Assembly (NCBI GenBank): GCA_963674945.2
Contig: CAXXWQ010000003.1
Location: 864,001 to 928,000, forward strand
Length of the DNA: 64,000 nucleotides
Reading direction: 5' to 3'
Source of the DNA: an uncultured Desulfosarcina sp.
GTDB taxonomy: Bacteria > Desulfobacterota > Desulfobacteria > Desulfobacterales > Desulfosarcinaceae
How positions within the stretch are numbered: position 1 is the first letter of the stretch; every line of letters starts with the position of its first letter. Shown piece by piece: positions 52,106 to 62,316 of this stretch. Made by a program: the position numbers and the translations under genes. Under the pieces are notes generated by a model. That model saw only the letters and a list, made by a program, of their open reading frames with translations, was not told the DNA's origin and did not search any database.

Positions 52106-52165
52106 CCACCGCTTGAACTATCAATTGAACCACCGCTTGAACCACCGCTTGAACCATCGGTTGAA
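52106..52165 (+). repeat. Five tandem 12-mers (consensus CCACCGCTTGAA) followed by an AT-rich tract
   Basis: Three exact and two variant copies; AT-rich 52180-52235. Confidence 0.75.
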
Positions 52166-52977
52166 AACAATTCGAGCCTAATATATAACATACAACATAT
52201 AATATATAATAATATACTAGAAAATAAGAAAAGAATTAGGCGCGAAATCTCAGAATCAGATTTCAAAAAATTTGAAAAAGATTTCCAAAAAATTCTTTTT
52301 AAATATTTTTCCCTTTCCGACAAGACAGCGCCCCGCGCTGAAATCCCTTTAGTGAAAAATCCTTTCGACGAGGTAACGGAGGTTACACCTGACGTTACTT
52401 GGATTAATTCTATTCCCTTCGATGGTACAACAGGAGGAGACCCCATTTTTGAGCAAATGATCGAAAGTGAGCCGAAGGCTCACGTCGAGCATGCTTCGAG
52501 CGTAATTTCCTCCATCAGTACAGTGGAAAGGATGCCCCCGACAGAGGAGACCAGAACTCCGATCTCCCGAATGGATTCAGAGAGCCCAGCCCTACTCCGA
52601 ACCCCATACGAGGGGCCCAGCCCTGCTCACGCGGTCAGCGATCAGGCTCCATCCATCGATACCCCAATGGAGGAGAAACCCACCTCCCATGGGTTTTGCA
52701 TCGAAAAAGGTTCTCACAGTCTTATGCTCATAGAGAAACGGCAAACTGAATTCGCCAAAGATATGCAAAAGGAAAGGGCGGCCAAAAAAGGCAAAAAACG
52801 TAAAAAACCAGGTAGAGAATCTTATGATGTAAAAAAGATGAAGGAGGATGATGAACTTGTCGATAAAGGCGCCTATACCCCTCATATTCGTTATTATGGA
52901 TTGAATAACCTCGACCGTGATTATGAATTTGGCCTGGCTTTCAAAAAAATCATGGGAATTTTTTTTAAAACCAAGTT

Positions 52978-55433
52978 CAGAACACTGCATCTCCGGGAAA
53001 ACTATGTGACACCTCCGGCATGATTTGAGGTGCTGCAGCCATTTAGTTCGAATATCATTTGCAGCTCGGTACCGGGGTATTTTACCTGCGCACTGTTCAG
53101 ATGCGCAAACAGTTGGCAAAGAGCCCGATTGGCCGCTGGGAACGAAGCGCCGTGCAATCGTATATTCAATTGCTGATTTTCAATATCGGGCAGTACATCG
53201 CCTTCGGTCTGGAACAGTGTCTGGAGAAGACTCCGTGCATCCGACGAGTTTACCGTCGGACCCGTGAGCAACCCAACCATTGCCGTCTCTGCACGATATG
53301 CAATCATACGAACCGTGTCCATCAGGCGTTTTCTGCCCGGTTGTAAACGTAAAAATTTATCTTTTGCTTCAAGTTCTCCCCACGTGATGTGTTTACTTGT
53401 CTGTTTTCGTTTTTCTTTCAACTCGCTGAGTTGATACTCCATCTTTTCGATTTCTTCTAACAGCTCGGCCTTTTTCTCTATCCACTTCTTAAACTTTACC
53501 GGTTTGTCTTCATTTTCAGGGTGAATGGTCATCTCGGCAAAACAGGCACGACGATATCGTAGCTTGTTCTGCAACGAATTACGGGATTGATTCAATTGCC
53601 GCCAAACGGGGTTGATTACCCGTTCGGTATCAGGAAATTCAACGACACCATAATCTAAAAGCACATCGATATCAAAATGTTGCATCATATAGTTGAAAAA
53701 GTTTTCCTGACACCACCGGCTGAACATGCGTGCTGCCAATTGAGTATGCGGCAAATCGAAAGCGGTGCTGATTACGCTGGTCTGGTGTCCGGAATCGGTC
53801 AGTTTTCGCACTTGTCGCATCCATGTTGCACCCTTACCAGATCCCACCAAACTACCCATTTCGCAAAGCCGCATCTTCACCACCTCTTTGTTTGGCATCG
53901 CAACTTCATACTCGGTGAACCAATGCTCCGGCCATGATTCACCAGGATGCTTATGATACGTCATGCAGCCGATTCGATGGCGATCCCACATTTCCTTGAA
54001 GAATGCGGGACTATATCCTTCCCTGTCGAAAACAAGAACGAACCGGCATAAACATGGGTTCTCTTGTAGTTGCTGCAAACCGGGTTGATTCGGAACGTCT
54101 TGCAACAACCGGGGAACGATATCGTCTCTTAAAACCGCCAATAATCCAGGATCGATCTGCTTTTCGACGACAAAAAAAGGTCGGCCAATCGCATCGTTAA
54201 CCCAATAGTCGGTAATGCCCCTCATGCACAATCGTTCCCGGGACACGTAGCGGCGCGGTAGTCGGGTCAATTTTCCATGATAAACACGTACATGCCCGTC
54301 AACATAAAGCGCGCCAACCGATTCGGGCGCCTGTTCCATCCAGTATTTACCGAGGTATGCGGCCCACTTTTCCGCGCCGTGGTCTGCGCTCAACGCATCC
54401 ATCTTGTAACGCAAACAGCGAACCTCCGGTGCACGATCCAAGCCCAATAACTTACCAAATTCTCCCGGAGCATGGCCTCGTATTTTTTCTGTCGTCTTGA
54501 TCCTGCATAAGGCCATAAACGAAAGCAGCAACAAGACATGAAAGATCGTGTAATAGCCTTTGACTTGGCCGAGGAACTGTTTTGCGCCGGTAAACAACCC
54601 GTTTGCCACCAATGACGGTATCGCACAAAGAACGCCTGCTTTGGGAACGTCCAGGCATCTGTCAAAACGAACCGGCGCACCAACCATTTTGCCCAATGAT
54701 GCCAATATGCGTTCCCCGACTCGGTTGCAAGCCGTCCCCATACCATCGGCAGCAGCCATGTCGACCATGTCCCGATCTGATTTGGTTAGACACGGTTCAC
54801 CAATCCTTGATTCGATTAACCGACCATCATCTATAGCTTTGCGAAACGTATCGTATTTAATGCCAAGTTCCAGGGCGGCATCTTTTTTCGAGCACCCTTG
54901 ATCCAGTAAACGTTGGGCTTGTTCAAGCACCTCAGGTTTGAAAACCTTGCCGCCGCGTCGTCCCCGCCGCTGAACGAAAAATGCCTCGGCGCCGCCGGAC
55001 CTGAGTTTGTTCACGGATCGGATGACATTGCTCTTGGATACGCCGAATGTGTTTTGGATATCGATCTGGCGGCAAGCTCCGGATTCAACCAGTTGGGCTG
55101 TTATCATCCGAAACATTCGTTGATCGCCTTGTCTGTGAGAATAAATCGGAACGGTCGATAGAAAATAGGTCCAGGTCGTATCGTCACGAAATACACTGAC
55201 AAGCCCGTTGATTTGTCTTGCACCGCGAGGAATAAGTGGTAGTATCTGTTGAGGCATGGCATCCTTTTCCTTTCATTTATCCGCCAAGATAATAAGGTTA
55301 AAGGTGCCATGTTCATTTTCCGGTTGCAATACCTTACCGGCCTGCTGGATTCAGACTCCTATCTTTCTGTTTTTCAACCACTTACATTATGTTTTGCTTG
55401 CCATATGCAACAATTAGGAAATCAAGTTTCCTG
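52978..55433 (-). mobile_element. 2456-bp insertion sequence, copy 2
   Basis: Inverted copy of 13853-16308; 5-bp duplication AAGTT at 52973-52977 and 55434-55438. Confidence 0.95.
53002..55257 (-). CDS. Transposase (751 aa, DDE-like)
   Basis: Same protein sequence as 14029-16284. Confidence 0.9.
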   Translation of the reverse strand: MPQQILPLIPRGARQINGLVSVFRDDTTWTYFLSTVPIYSHRQGDQRMFRMITAQLVESGACRQIDIQNTFGVSKSNVIRSVNKLRSGGAEAFFVQRRGRRGGKVFKPEVLEQAQRLLDQGCSKKDAALELGIKYDTFRKAIDDGRLIESRIGEPCLTKSDRDMVDMAAADGMGTACNRVGERILASLGKMVGAPVRFDRCLDVPKAGVLCAIPSLVANGLFTGAKQFLGQVKGYYTIFHVLLLLSFMALCRIKTTEKIRGHAPGEFGKLLGLDRAPEVRCLRYKMDALSADHGAEKWAAYLGKYWMEQAPESVGALYVDGHVRVYHGKLTRLPRRYVSRERLCMRGITDYWVNDAIGRPFFVVEKQIDPGLLAVLRDDIVPRLLQDVPNQPGLQQLQENPCLCRFVLVFDREGYSPAFFKEMWDRHRIGCMTYHKHPGESWPEHWFTEYEVAMPNKEVVKMRLCEMGSLVGSGKGATWMRQVRKLTDSGHQTSVISTAFDLPHTQLAARMFSRWCQENFFNYMMQHFDIDVLLDYGVVEFPDTERVINPVWRQLNQSRNSLQNKLRYRRACFAEMTIHPENEDKPVKFKKWIEKKAELLEEIEKMEYQLSELKEKRKQTSKHITWGELEAKDKFLRLQPGRKRLMDTVRMIAYRAETAMVGLLTGPTVNSSDARSLLQTLFQTEGDVLPDIENQQLNIRLHGASFPAANRALCQLFAHLNSAQVKYPGTELQMIFELNGCSTSNHAGGVT

Positions 55434-56003
55434 AAGTTCAAATTCAATAATGGTATTTTGGAGGCATTATCGTCTCCAAAGGCGTTGCAGAATTTTTGGC
55501 GCCTTCATGAAAGCATACGAAAAACAAGAATTATAGTCGATAAATTAGGTTGTCGCTATGAAGACTATCTTGTCGGCATTGTTGAATACACCCTTGATCG
55601 AAATAGGAAACAAGTAATCCAGGTTACGCCGAATATCCATGATTTTGCAGGAGAGGACCATAGAGAAGCGGCAACGAATTATCTTCGAAACAATTTAGCA
55701 TCGTCAGTCTGTATTACTCTTGATGATATTCATTATAGTCGCAATGCCGATTTCATTTTGAATTATTCCGACACCACCCCGGAACAACGCGAGAAGGCTA
55801 ATAACTTTTATCACGACATTCTCATCCCTGCAATCGAACGAGCCGCCGCTAATTCTGGTGAAAGACCATTTGACATAATTTCCACAGCAATTGACCTGAA
55901 ATTATTACCTGAATTTTGCACGCAATTAGCTTTAATTGGCCACGGTGGCCAATTTTTTCAAAATGACGAAGAGTTCGTTTTCTACTCTAACACATGATCG
56001 TTG

Positions 56004-57658
56004 CCTTTAGTGTGAAGTATACGGTTTGCACGTGTTTCGTTTAACTGCCCATATACAAAGGAAATTGTCGTGAAAAAAAATTCTTGCATGATATTTTCCC
56101 GAGTTACGCAGACGTTCAACATGCCACTTGTCTCCACGGCTTCGGTTTCAATCGCGCTTGATCCAGGAAGTCGAGAAAATGGATCATCGCGGGCGTTCTC
56201 GCATCGTGTACGGAGAACTTGACCTTGTCACGGTTTTGATCTTTGACAACTTTTGCGGCAATGAAAAGCAGCTTCAACCTGGCGATCCGGATTGTATTGG
56301 ATGCCACCGTTTTTAAATGCGGCATCTTTTTTCTGTCCTGGCTCATGGCGGCAAGCATCTTGATGTAACGCCAAATGTTATACGACAGCACTACAAGTTG
56401 AAAGAACGCATAATTGTTTTTGAACTTTGCTGATGGGATGGCCTCAAGCCCTTCACGTTTGGCCTCACCCACCAGGTTTTCAACGTCAGCGCGTTTATCA
56501 TACTTGCTGACCACCTCATGGGCCGGCCCTGAAAGGTTCGTGCAGAATATCCGGTATGTATAGTTGTCGTCTTCAAAGAGTAGGCATTGCACTTGCTGGT
56601 TTGAAGTTGATTTGGCTTTCGGTATACGCATGGCCACAAACCGGCACGGGGTATCCCAACCAAGGGGCTGATAGACGCAGCTGTTATACTCAACATCCTT
56701 GCGTTTCCAGGGCCGATACCAACCTCTCGGATCAAAGGGCGGGTCGCATCTCTTGTTGGCGATGATGAAGTCATAGCCGCAGTGTCTTGCAGTCTGGACA
56801 CTTTCCCAGCTCAGGAACTCTCCATCGGCCCGCAGCAGGACTTGGCGAACACAACCGGGTAAATGGGATTTTGTCTGGAGGATAAAGGCAGCGGTCTGTT
56901 TGCCACTGAGTGTTTCACCTTTTCGAAGCTTTCCGATAAGACACTCCCGGGTCTGCTCAATGAAGCACAGCACCGGACGGTAACCTTTCTTTCCCCGGTT
57001 TTTGGTGTTATGGCCTTTCCTGCCTCCTTGCTGATTGCCGTACAGCGTCTCGACGGTGGTGTCGATATCGATGCATATCCGGTAATAATTGAAACCCAGT
57101 TGTTGCCACACCCGTTCTCGCAGAATGCTCATGAGCTTCTGAAGGGACTGGGCTTGGTTAATTCCCAAGCTGTCAAGGTATCGCCAGAAGGTGCTCGACA
57201 CCGGCAACTTTGTCAGTCGGAAAAATCCACACAGCATGGCATCGAGTCGGATGTAGGTAAAATGCCAGATTCTGTTAAAGCCTATAAACAGTAGCATCAG
57301 AAGTCCTGCCACCATCGAATAGTGGCCCAGCTTTGGCTGCCGGACAGGCGCATGATAGGTGGAGTTAAATATTTGTTTGAAATCGATCAAATCGAAAAAT
57401 TTGATCATCGCTAAAAGCCCGCCAAATGGACTTAGTTGCTCGCTGCATGTCTCATGCGGCGTAGAAGCGTTGATTTTTCTGGCCTTGGCAGCGTTTTTCT
57501 TAAACCCTTTGTTCTTGCGGTTTTTACGGCTTTTTGATTTACTTGATTTTACCATCTGGGTACCTCCTGTTTTTATTGTGGAAGCATGTCACCTCCCTTT
57601 ATAACAGGATTCCCAGATGGTTTCTTCCTTATTTATGATTCGTCGTGCAAAATTTAGG
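56004..57658 (-). mobile_element. IS1380-family insertion sequence (ends approximate)
   Basis: End CCTAAATTTTGCACG read on the minus strand from 57658; partial TTTGCACG match near 56025; target duplication not clear. Confidence 0.65.
56116..57555 (-). CDS. IS1380-family transposase
   Basis: IDIDTT, GYRP, LRADGEF, Y.KRADVENLVGEAK. Confidence 0.88.
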   Translation of the reverse strand: MVKSSKSKSRKNRKNKGFKKNAAKARKINASTPHETCSEQLSPFGGLLAMIKFFDLIDFKQIFNSTYHAPVRQPKLGHYSMVAGLLMLLFIGFNRIWHFTYIRLDAMLCGFFRLTKLPVSSTFWRYLDSLGINQAQSLQKLMSILRERVWQQLGFNYYRICIDIDTTVETLYGNQQGGRKGHNTKNRGKKGYRPVLCFIEQTRECLIGKLRKGETLSGKQTAAFILQTKSHLPGCVRQVLLRADGEFLSWESVQTARHCGYDFIIANKRCDPPFDPRGWYRPWKRKDVEYNSCVYQPLGWDTPCRFVAMRIPKAKSTSNQQVQCLLFEDDNYTYRIFCTNLSGPAHEVVSKYDKRADVENLVGEAKREGLEAIPSAKFKNNYAFFQLVVLSYNIWRYIKMLAAMSQDRKKMPHLKTVASNTIRIARLKLLFIAAKVVKDQNRDKVKFSVHDARTPAMIHFLDFLDQARLKPKPWRQVAC

Positions 57659-57791
57659 TATTACCTCAACAATGGGCTGAAGGATATGGCTCATACCATC
57701 GTCTGAAAATCTTATCAGGCTATCGATATGATGCTGAACATGCCATTTCAAGGTCAATTTTCCGAAATGTCCATTAACAGAGAGGAACTTC

Positions 57792-59180
57792 ATGGCAACA
57801 CCATATACACCCGCAAAAACCATCAAAGATGAATTCAGCCCGGATTTTCAGAAGGATATCCTCGCCTTGCTTTATCTGGATCCAAACTTTTTGAGGCTAT
57901 CATCTGAAACCATAAAACCCGAACACTTCGACGACAAAGTTGATGCCACGTATGCGGAAATATTCATCTCTTTTGTAAAGAAATTTCCAAAAGATTCAAT
58001 CACCAAGGAGGTTGTTTTTCATGAGATTTCGAAGCGCATCAAGACGAAAAGGATTGTTGAAGATGAACGTACCGAGTATGTCAAAACATTTGTCAGGATT
58101 GCCACCACTCCAAAAGCCCTTGAATATGTTAAAACAGAAATTCGTCGATTTGTGCTCGCCAAATCCCTTGAAGTCGAACTCGTCGGATCTGTCGATCTCC
58201 TGCGAAAAGGTCAATACAAAGAAATAATCGACAGGATGACAGCCGCCTACACCAAAGTCGAATCGACAGAGAAAAGGGTTGATATCAAAGTTGTTGGTTC
58301 GGTTGGTGACCGGGTGGCCCTACTTAAAGATCCGGAAGCCTCCCTTACCCGGGCCGGCATTTCCACCGGCCTGCCCGAGCTGGATGCCAAACTTTATCGC
58401 AAAGGAATCGGCAAAGGTGAAATGTTGGTTATTTGTGGTTCCCCTGGCCGTGGCAAATCTATTTGGCTCGCAAACCTCACCATGGCTGCCGTTCTTCAAG
58501 GAAACAATGTTCTATATTACACTTTGGAGATGGCCAGCGATATCGTTATGAATCGCTTCGATGCCATGGTTACCGGCATCCCTTTTGTCGATCTTATCAA
58601 ACACGCCGATCTGGTCGCCGAAAGATGGGGTATCATCCAGCGAAGTTTCAAATTCGGCGAAATTTTTCTGCATGACCTTCCGCCGAGATATCTCACTCCG
58701 AATATGATCCGACGTCATATTCGATCATATGAAGAAGAAGGAATCCGGATTGATGCCCTGGTCGTCGATTATGCGGACATCATGGCATCCGACAGGCGAA
58801 TAGATGAACGTCGCCTCGAACACGGCGATGTCTATGAACAGCTTCGAGCAATCGGTAAAGAATGCTCCGTCGATGTCATGACAGCCTCCCAGGCCAACCG
58901 CGACAGCCTCAGAAAAAAAGATATCGATATCGATTCAATGGCTGAAGACTTTTCCAAAGCGATGACTGCTGACTATGTTATCGGTTTATCCCAAACCAAA
59001 TCAGAGGAAGCTTATTGCTCCGATGGTTGTACAGGCATCATGCGTGCATTCCTCGCCAAAAACAGGAACGGGCCCAAAAACATCAACGTCGAATTTTACA
59101 CCGACTTTACCCGAATGAGAATATCCAAACCTATGATGGATGAATTCGACCGGACCCATTTCGGCCGCCTTATAACATGA
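57792..59180 (+). CDS. dnaB: Replicative DnaB-like helicase
   Basis: GSPGRGKS, TLEM, VVDYAD, ASQANR, KNRNG. Confidence 0.9.
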   Translation: MATPYTPAKTIKDEFSPDFQKDILALLYLDPNFLRLSSETIKPEHFDDKVDATYAEIFISFVKKFPKDSITKEVVFHEISKRIKTKRIVEDERTEYVKTFVRIATTPKALEYVKTEIRRFVLAKSLEVELVGSVDLLRKGQYKEIIDRMTAAYTKVESTEKRVDIKVVGSVGDRVALLKDPEASLTRAGISTGLPELDAKLYRKGIGKGEMLVICGSPGRGKSIWLANLTMAAVLQGNNVLYYTLEMASDIVMNRFDAMVTGIPFVDLIKHADLVAERWGIIQRSFKFGEIFLHDLPPRYLTPNMIRRHIRSYEEEGIRIDALVVDYADIMASDRRIDERRLEHGDVYEQLRAIGKECSVDVMTASQANRDSLRKKDIDIDSMAEDFSKAMTADYVIGLSQTKSEEAYCSDGCTGIMRAFLAKNRNGPKNINVEFYTDFTRMRISKPMMDEFDRTHFGRLIT

Positions 59181-59307
59181 TACCTCGTTTAAGATCCCTT
59201 AGAGGCTCAAATTTCAATCCGGGGCATTCTGATACCACCCAAAGTGAGATAACCCGAAATTCACGGCGAGAATTCGTTTTACAGTCTATTGCAACAGGAG
59301 GTAGATC

Positions 59308-60351
59308 ATGACTTTCAATTTCCAAGAATATATCGAAGATCAATTTGACCCCAAACCCCAGCAGATAAACCCGGATCAGGTATCCATCAACTGCATCAAC
59401 CCGGATTGTGATGACAACTGGCGTCGCCGCCGGAAGATGACAGTCAACCTTGCTGATAAAAAAGCCTTTTGTTTTATCTGTGGCGAAAAATACAATGAAA
59501 TTGAGTTTGTTGCCACAGCCGAAGGTATTTCTAAATTCCAGGCGATGAAGATCGTCCGTACTTCCGCACCCAAGAGAACATTTGGCGCTGATCGCCTTGA
59601 AACAGCAATTAAAACATTATTCGAATCACCTGAAGATACCGAATCCTCAATTGAAACAGAGTCAAAGCCATGTCTTTTCCCTCCATGGCGCCGAATCGAA
59701 CCAGGAACCCCGGAATGGAGTTATCTCGAAGGTAGACGGATATCCAAAGATGTCATCGAACATTTTGGATTGGTTTTCTGCCCATCCGGGCCACCTACCG
59801 GTACCCTTTGCCCCGAATGTTCAATTCGAAAAGCAGGAAAACGATGCTGTCCATATTCCGGTCGGATCATCATTCCCATTTATCGAGATGGAAAAGCCGT
59901 CGCATTCCAGGGACGAACCATTTACGACGCAATCCCGAAATACCTCTTTCCAATCGATCAGCCATTTGAAAGTGAATTGTATAATTGGGATCATGCCCGA
60001 TTTTTTGGAACCCTCATCATCACGGAAGGTGTCACCAGCGCCTGGCGCGTATGGGAGCGCAACTATCACAACGTCACGGCCACCTTCGGCAAATCCTTGA
60101 AAGTCAATCAGGAGAAAATGATCAAAGAAGAATCCAGAATTAATACCGTGATCATGCTCTGGGATGGCGGGACGCTACCGGAAGCCTATGCCGCCGGGTT
60201 GCGCCTCAAATCCCACAAAAAAGTATTGATTGCACAGCTTCCCGGAGATCTTGACCCGGATGAATGCCCCGACACTCCCGATTACATCGAAGCTGCCAAA
60301 TCGATCGAATCATTTGATCCCTTGACCGTCGCCATGAGCAAACTCGCCTAA
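59308..60351 (+). CDS. DNA primase (zinc-binding plus TOPRIM)
   Basis: C...CFIC, YL..R.I, RIIIPI, FQGR, ITEG, LWDG, DPD. Confidence 0.85.
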   Translation: MTFNFQEYIEDQFDPKPQQINPDQVSINCINPDCDDNWRRRRKMTVNLADKKAFCFICGEKYNEIEFVATAEGISKFQAMKIVRTSAPKRTFGADRLETAIKTLFESPEDTESSIETESKPCLFPPWRRIEPGTPEWSYLEGRRISKDVIEHFGLVFCPSGPPTGTLCPECSIRKAGKRCCPYSGRIIIPIYRDGKAVAFQGRTIYDAIPKYLFPIDQPFESELYNWDHARFFGTLIITEGVTSAWRVWERNYHNVTATFGKSLKVNQEKMIKEESRINTVIMLWDGGTLPEAYAAGLRLKSHKKVLIAQLPGDLDPDECPDTPDYIEAAKSIESFDPLTVAMSKLA

Positions 60352-60379
60352 TAGATAATATTTTATATTATCTATTAGG
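60347..60379. terminator. Perfect 14-bp AT-rich hairpin at the end of the primase gene
   Basis: CCTAATAGATAATA-TTTTA-TATTATCTATTAGG. Confidence 0.55.
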
Positions 60380-60487
60380 TTTATCGTTGCAACCACAATT
60401 AAAGAAATTTATGTAAAGTTATTGACAAAAAAATTGATATATAGGCACATGAAAAAGTAAATAAAAACAGACAAGGAATAAAATAAA

Positions 60488-61636
60488 ATGGATGGTCATA
60501 AACACATATCATTTAAAAAACGATGGGAAATTAAATGGTTGTGCATGTATCAACTTGGAGAATGTGATGCACTGGTGGAAATGATATCAAATATTCCTTT
60601 AAAACCGAAAACAAGAGACAGACTATTACAAGTGTCTTTGATTAAAGGTGCCCAAGCCACAACCGCCATCGAAGGCAACACATTGAGCCAAGAAGAAATA
60701 GCGAGGATACAAGAAGGCTGGAAATTACCTCCAAGTAAAGAGTATCTTGAGGTTGAAGTAAAAAATATTTTAAATGCTTTTAACACTTTGCTTAATGAAA
60801 TAGTAAATGATGGCAAGGTTCGAATCATCACACCGGAACTTATCATGGATTTTCATCGCATGATAAGCAAGGATTTAGGAGAACATATTGACGCAATTCC
60901 GGGGCGTTTCAGGAATGACAATCGTATCGTAGGGCCATACAGAGCACCAGAATATAAATATGTCCCGGAACTTGTTAAGAAGTTGTGTGAATGGCTTCCT
61001 ATAGAATTTCATTTTAACGACGGTCCACAACCATTTTCTACGGCCATAATCCAAGCTATTGCAACCCACGTGTACATCGAGTGGATACATCCATTTGGTG
61101 ATGGTAACGGACGGACAGGGCGATTGCTTGAATTTTATATTTTATTACGAGCCGGGTTGCCAAGTATCGTTTCCCATATTCTATCGAATTTTTATAATGA
61201 GACCCGTCCAGAATATTATCGGCAGCTTGATAAGGCTAAAAATCAAAATGATCTGACTGGATTTATTGAATATGCCATCCAAGGTTTTCGTGATGGGCTT
61301 AAAGAAAACATAAAAATTATACAAGAGAATCAATTTCGAATTTTTTGGCATAATTATGTGTATGAAATCTTTGCGGATTTGAAATATACCAAGAAAGAAG
61401 CCTTTAAAAGAAAACGGGAAGTCGTTTTAAGGATGCCAAATGAAAGATCATTAACTATTGATGAAATTACCACCCTATCAACCGAGCTTACCAAACAATA
61501 TGCCAGATTAAAAAGAACAACAGCATCAAGAGATTTAAAAGAATTGCAAAATCTTGGACTGATAGTGAAAGAAGGCGTAAGATATCGTGCCAATACGGGG
61601 TTATTAAAAGCAATGATGCCAAGCAGAAAATCGTGA
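60488..61636 (+). CDS. Fic-domain protein (AMPylase)
   Basis: HPFGDGNGRTGR; N-terminal TTAIEGN inhibitory motif; C-terminal HTH. Confidence 0.92.
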   Translation: MDGHKHISFKKRWEIKWLCMYQLGECDALVEMISNIPLKPKTRDRLLQVSLIKGAQATTAIEGNTLSQEEIARIQEGWKLPPSKEYLEVEVKNILNAFNTLLNEIVNDGKVRIITPELIMDFHRMISKDLGEHIDAIPGRFRNDNRIVGPYRAPEYKYVPELVKKLCEWLPIEFHFNDGPQPFSTAIIQAIATHVYIEWIHPFGDGNGRTGRLLEFYILLRAGLPSIVSHILSNFYNETRPEYYRQLDKAKNQNDLTGFIEYAIQGFRDGLKENIKIIQENQFRIFWHNYVYEIFADLKYTKKEAFKRKREVVLRMPNERSLTIDEITTLSTELTKQYARLKRTTASRDLKELQNLGLIVKEGVRYRANTGLLKAMMPSRKS

Positions 61637-61804
61637 CTTGTCAAAAATAAGAGTCTTTCACTCCCCCGACCATAATTTTTTTTAATTTTTAGCTATTTTC
61701 ATCATCTTTTTACAGGATTTTGAGATTTATAATATCACTGATTAATTACAAAGTAACTATTTACATTCAAATCGATCAGTGATATCGATAAGGAGAGAAA
61801 ACCG

Positions 61805-61975
61805 ATGAGCGCTCATTTAAACGATTCCCAATTATTCTGTTACAGGTACCACTGCACAATCATGAAACCGAAATTCGCCTACATCGATGAACTTTTTATG
61901 ATTTCCCATTACCGACTGATAGAAACCTCGAATGTCATCATTCCATATTTACTTTCAAGCACAGACCAAACTTAA
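61805..61975 (+). CDS. Small hypothetical protein (56 aa)
   Basis: AAGGAG RBS; partial palindrome at 61741-61749. Confidence 0.35.
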   Translation: MSAHLNDSQLFCYRYHCTIMKPKFAYIDELFMISHYRLIETSNVIIPYLLSSTDQT

Positions 61976-62023
61976 CAGGAAATTGCAATCAAACTATTTG
62001 ATTTTTATTGACGTTTTTTATTT

Positions 62024-62035
62024 GTAATTAATTAC
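62024..62035. promoter_or_regulatory. Palindrome GTAATTAATTAC
   Basis: Perfect copy downstream of TTGACG and upstream of the ligase operon. Confidence 0.75.
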
Positions 62036-62054
62036 ACCCGAAAGGAGAAACATA

Positions 62055-62303
62055 ATGTCACCCGCCGTTATGACCATTTCCATCGCACTGGATGTCGACC
62101 TCGGAAGTATCCTGCCAAAAATCGAAAAGAAACAAGAATTCATCGGCTGTTGCGAAAAATTCGTCGAACAGAATGAAGACATCAAGGCGCTTCGATTCTG
62201 CGCATTCCTTCGAAACAATGGATTCCCGGTCGTCGCAAAAACCATTTGCCAATATCTCATGCAAACGAATCCCGGACTTCTCTCCAGAACATTGGCCGCA
62301 TAA
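62055..62303 (+). CDS. Small hypothetical protein
   Basis: 82 aa, AAGGAG RBS. Confidence 0.55.
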   Translation: MSPAVMTISIALDVDLGSILPKIEKKQEFIGCCEKFVEQNEDIKALRFCAFLRNNGFPVVAKTICQYLMQTNPGLLSRTLAA

Positions 62304-62316
62304 AGAAAGACACAAA

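Larger units (their letters stand above)
51905..55997 (+). pseudogene. Putative replication initiator (543 aa reconstructed) split by IS copy 2
   Basis: N-terminal wHTH-like YTAKELGKIL...LNKLIEEGLI; removing the IS gives FKTKFKFNNGILE in frame; upstream of DnaB and primase. Confidence 0.7.

Noticed and set aside
13853..55433. Composite transposon bounded by the two IS copies
   Set aside because: Each copy has its own distinct target duplication and splits a different gene, so they are independent insertions
56004..56030. Exact left end and target duplication of the IS1380 element
   Set aside because: Only a weak inverted-repeat match and a possible GTAT repeat; not enough to call
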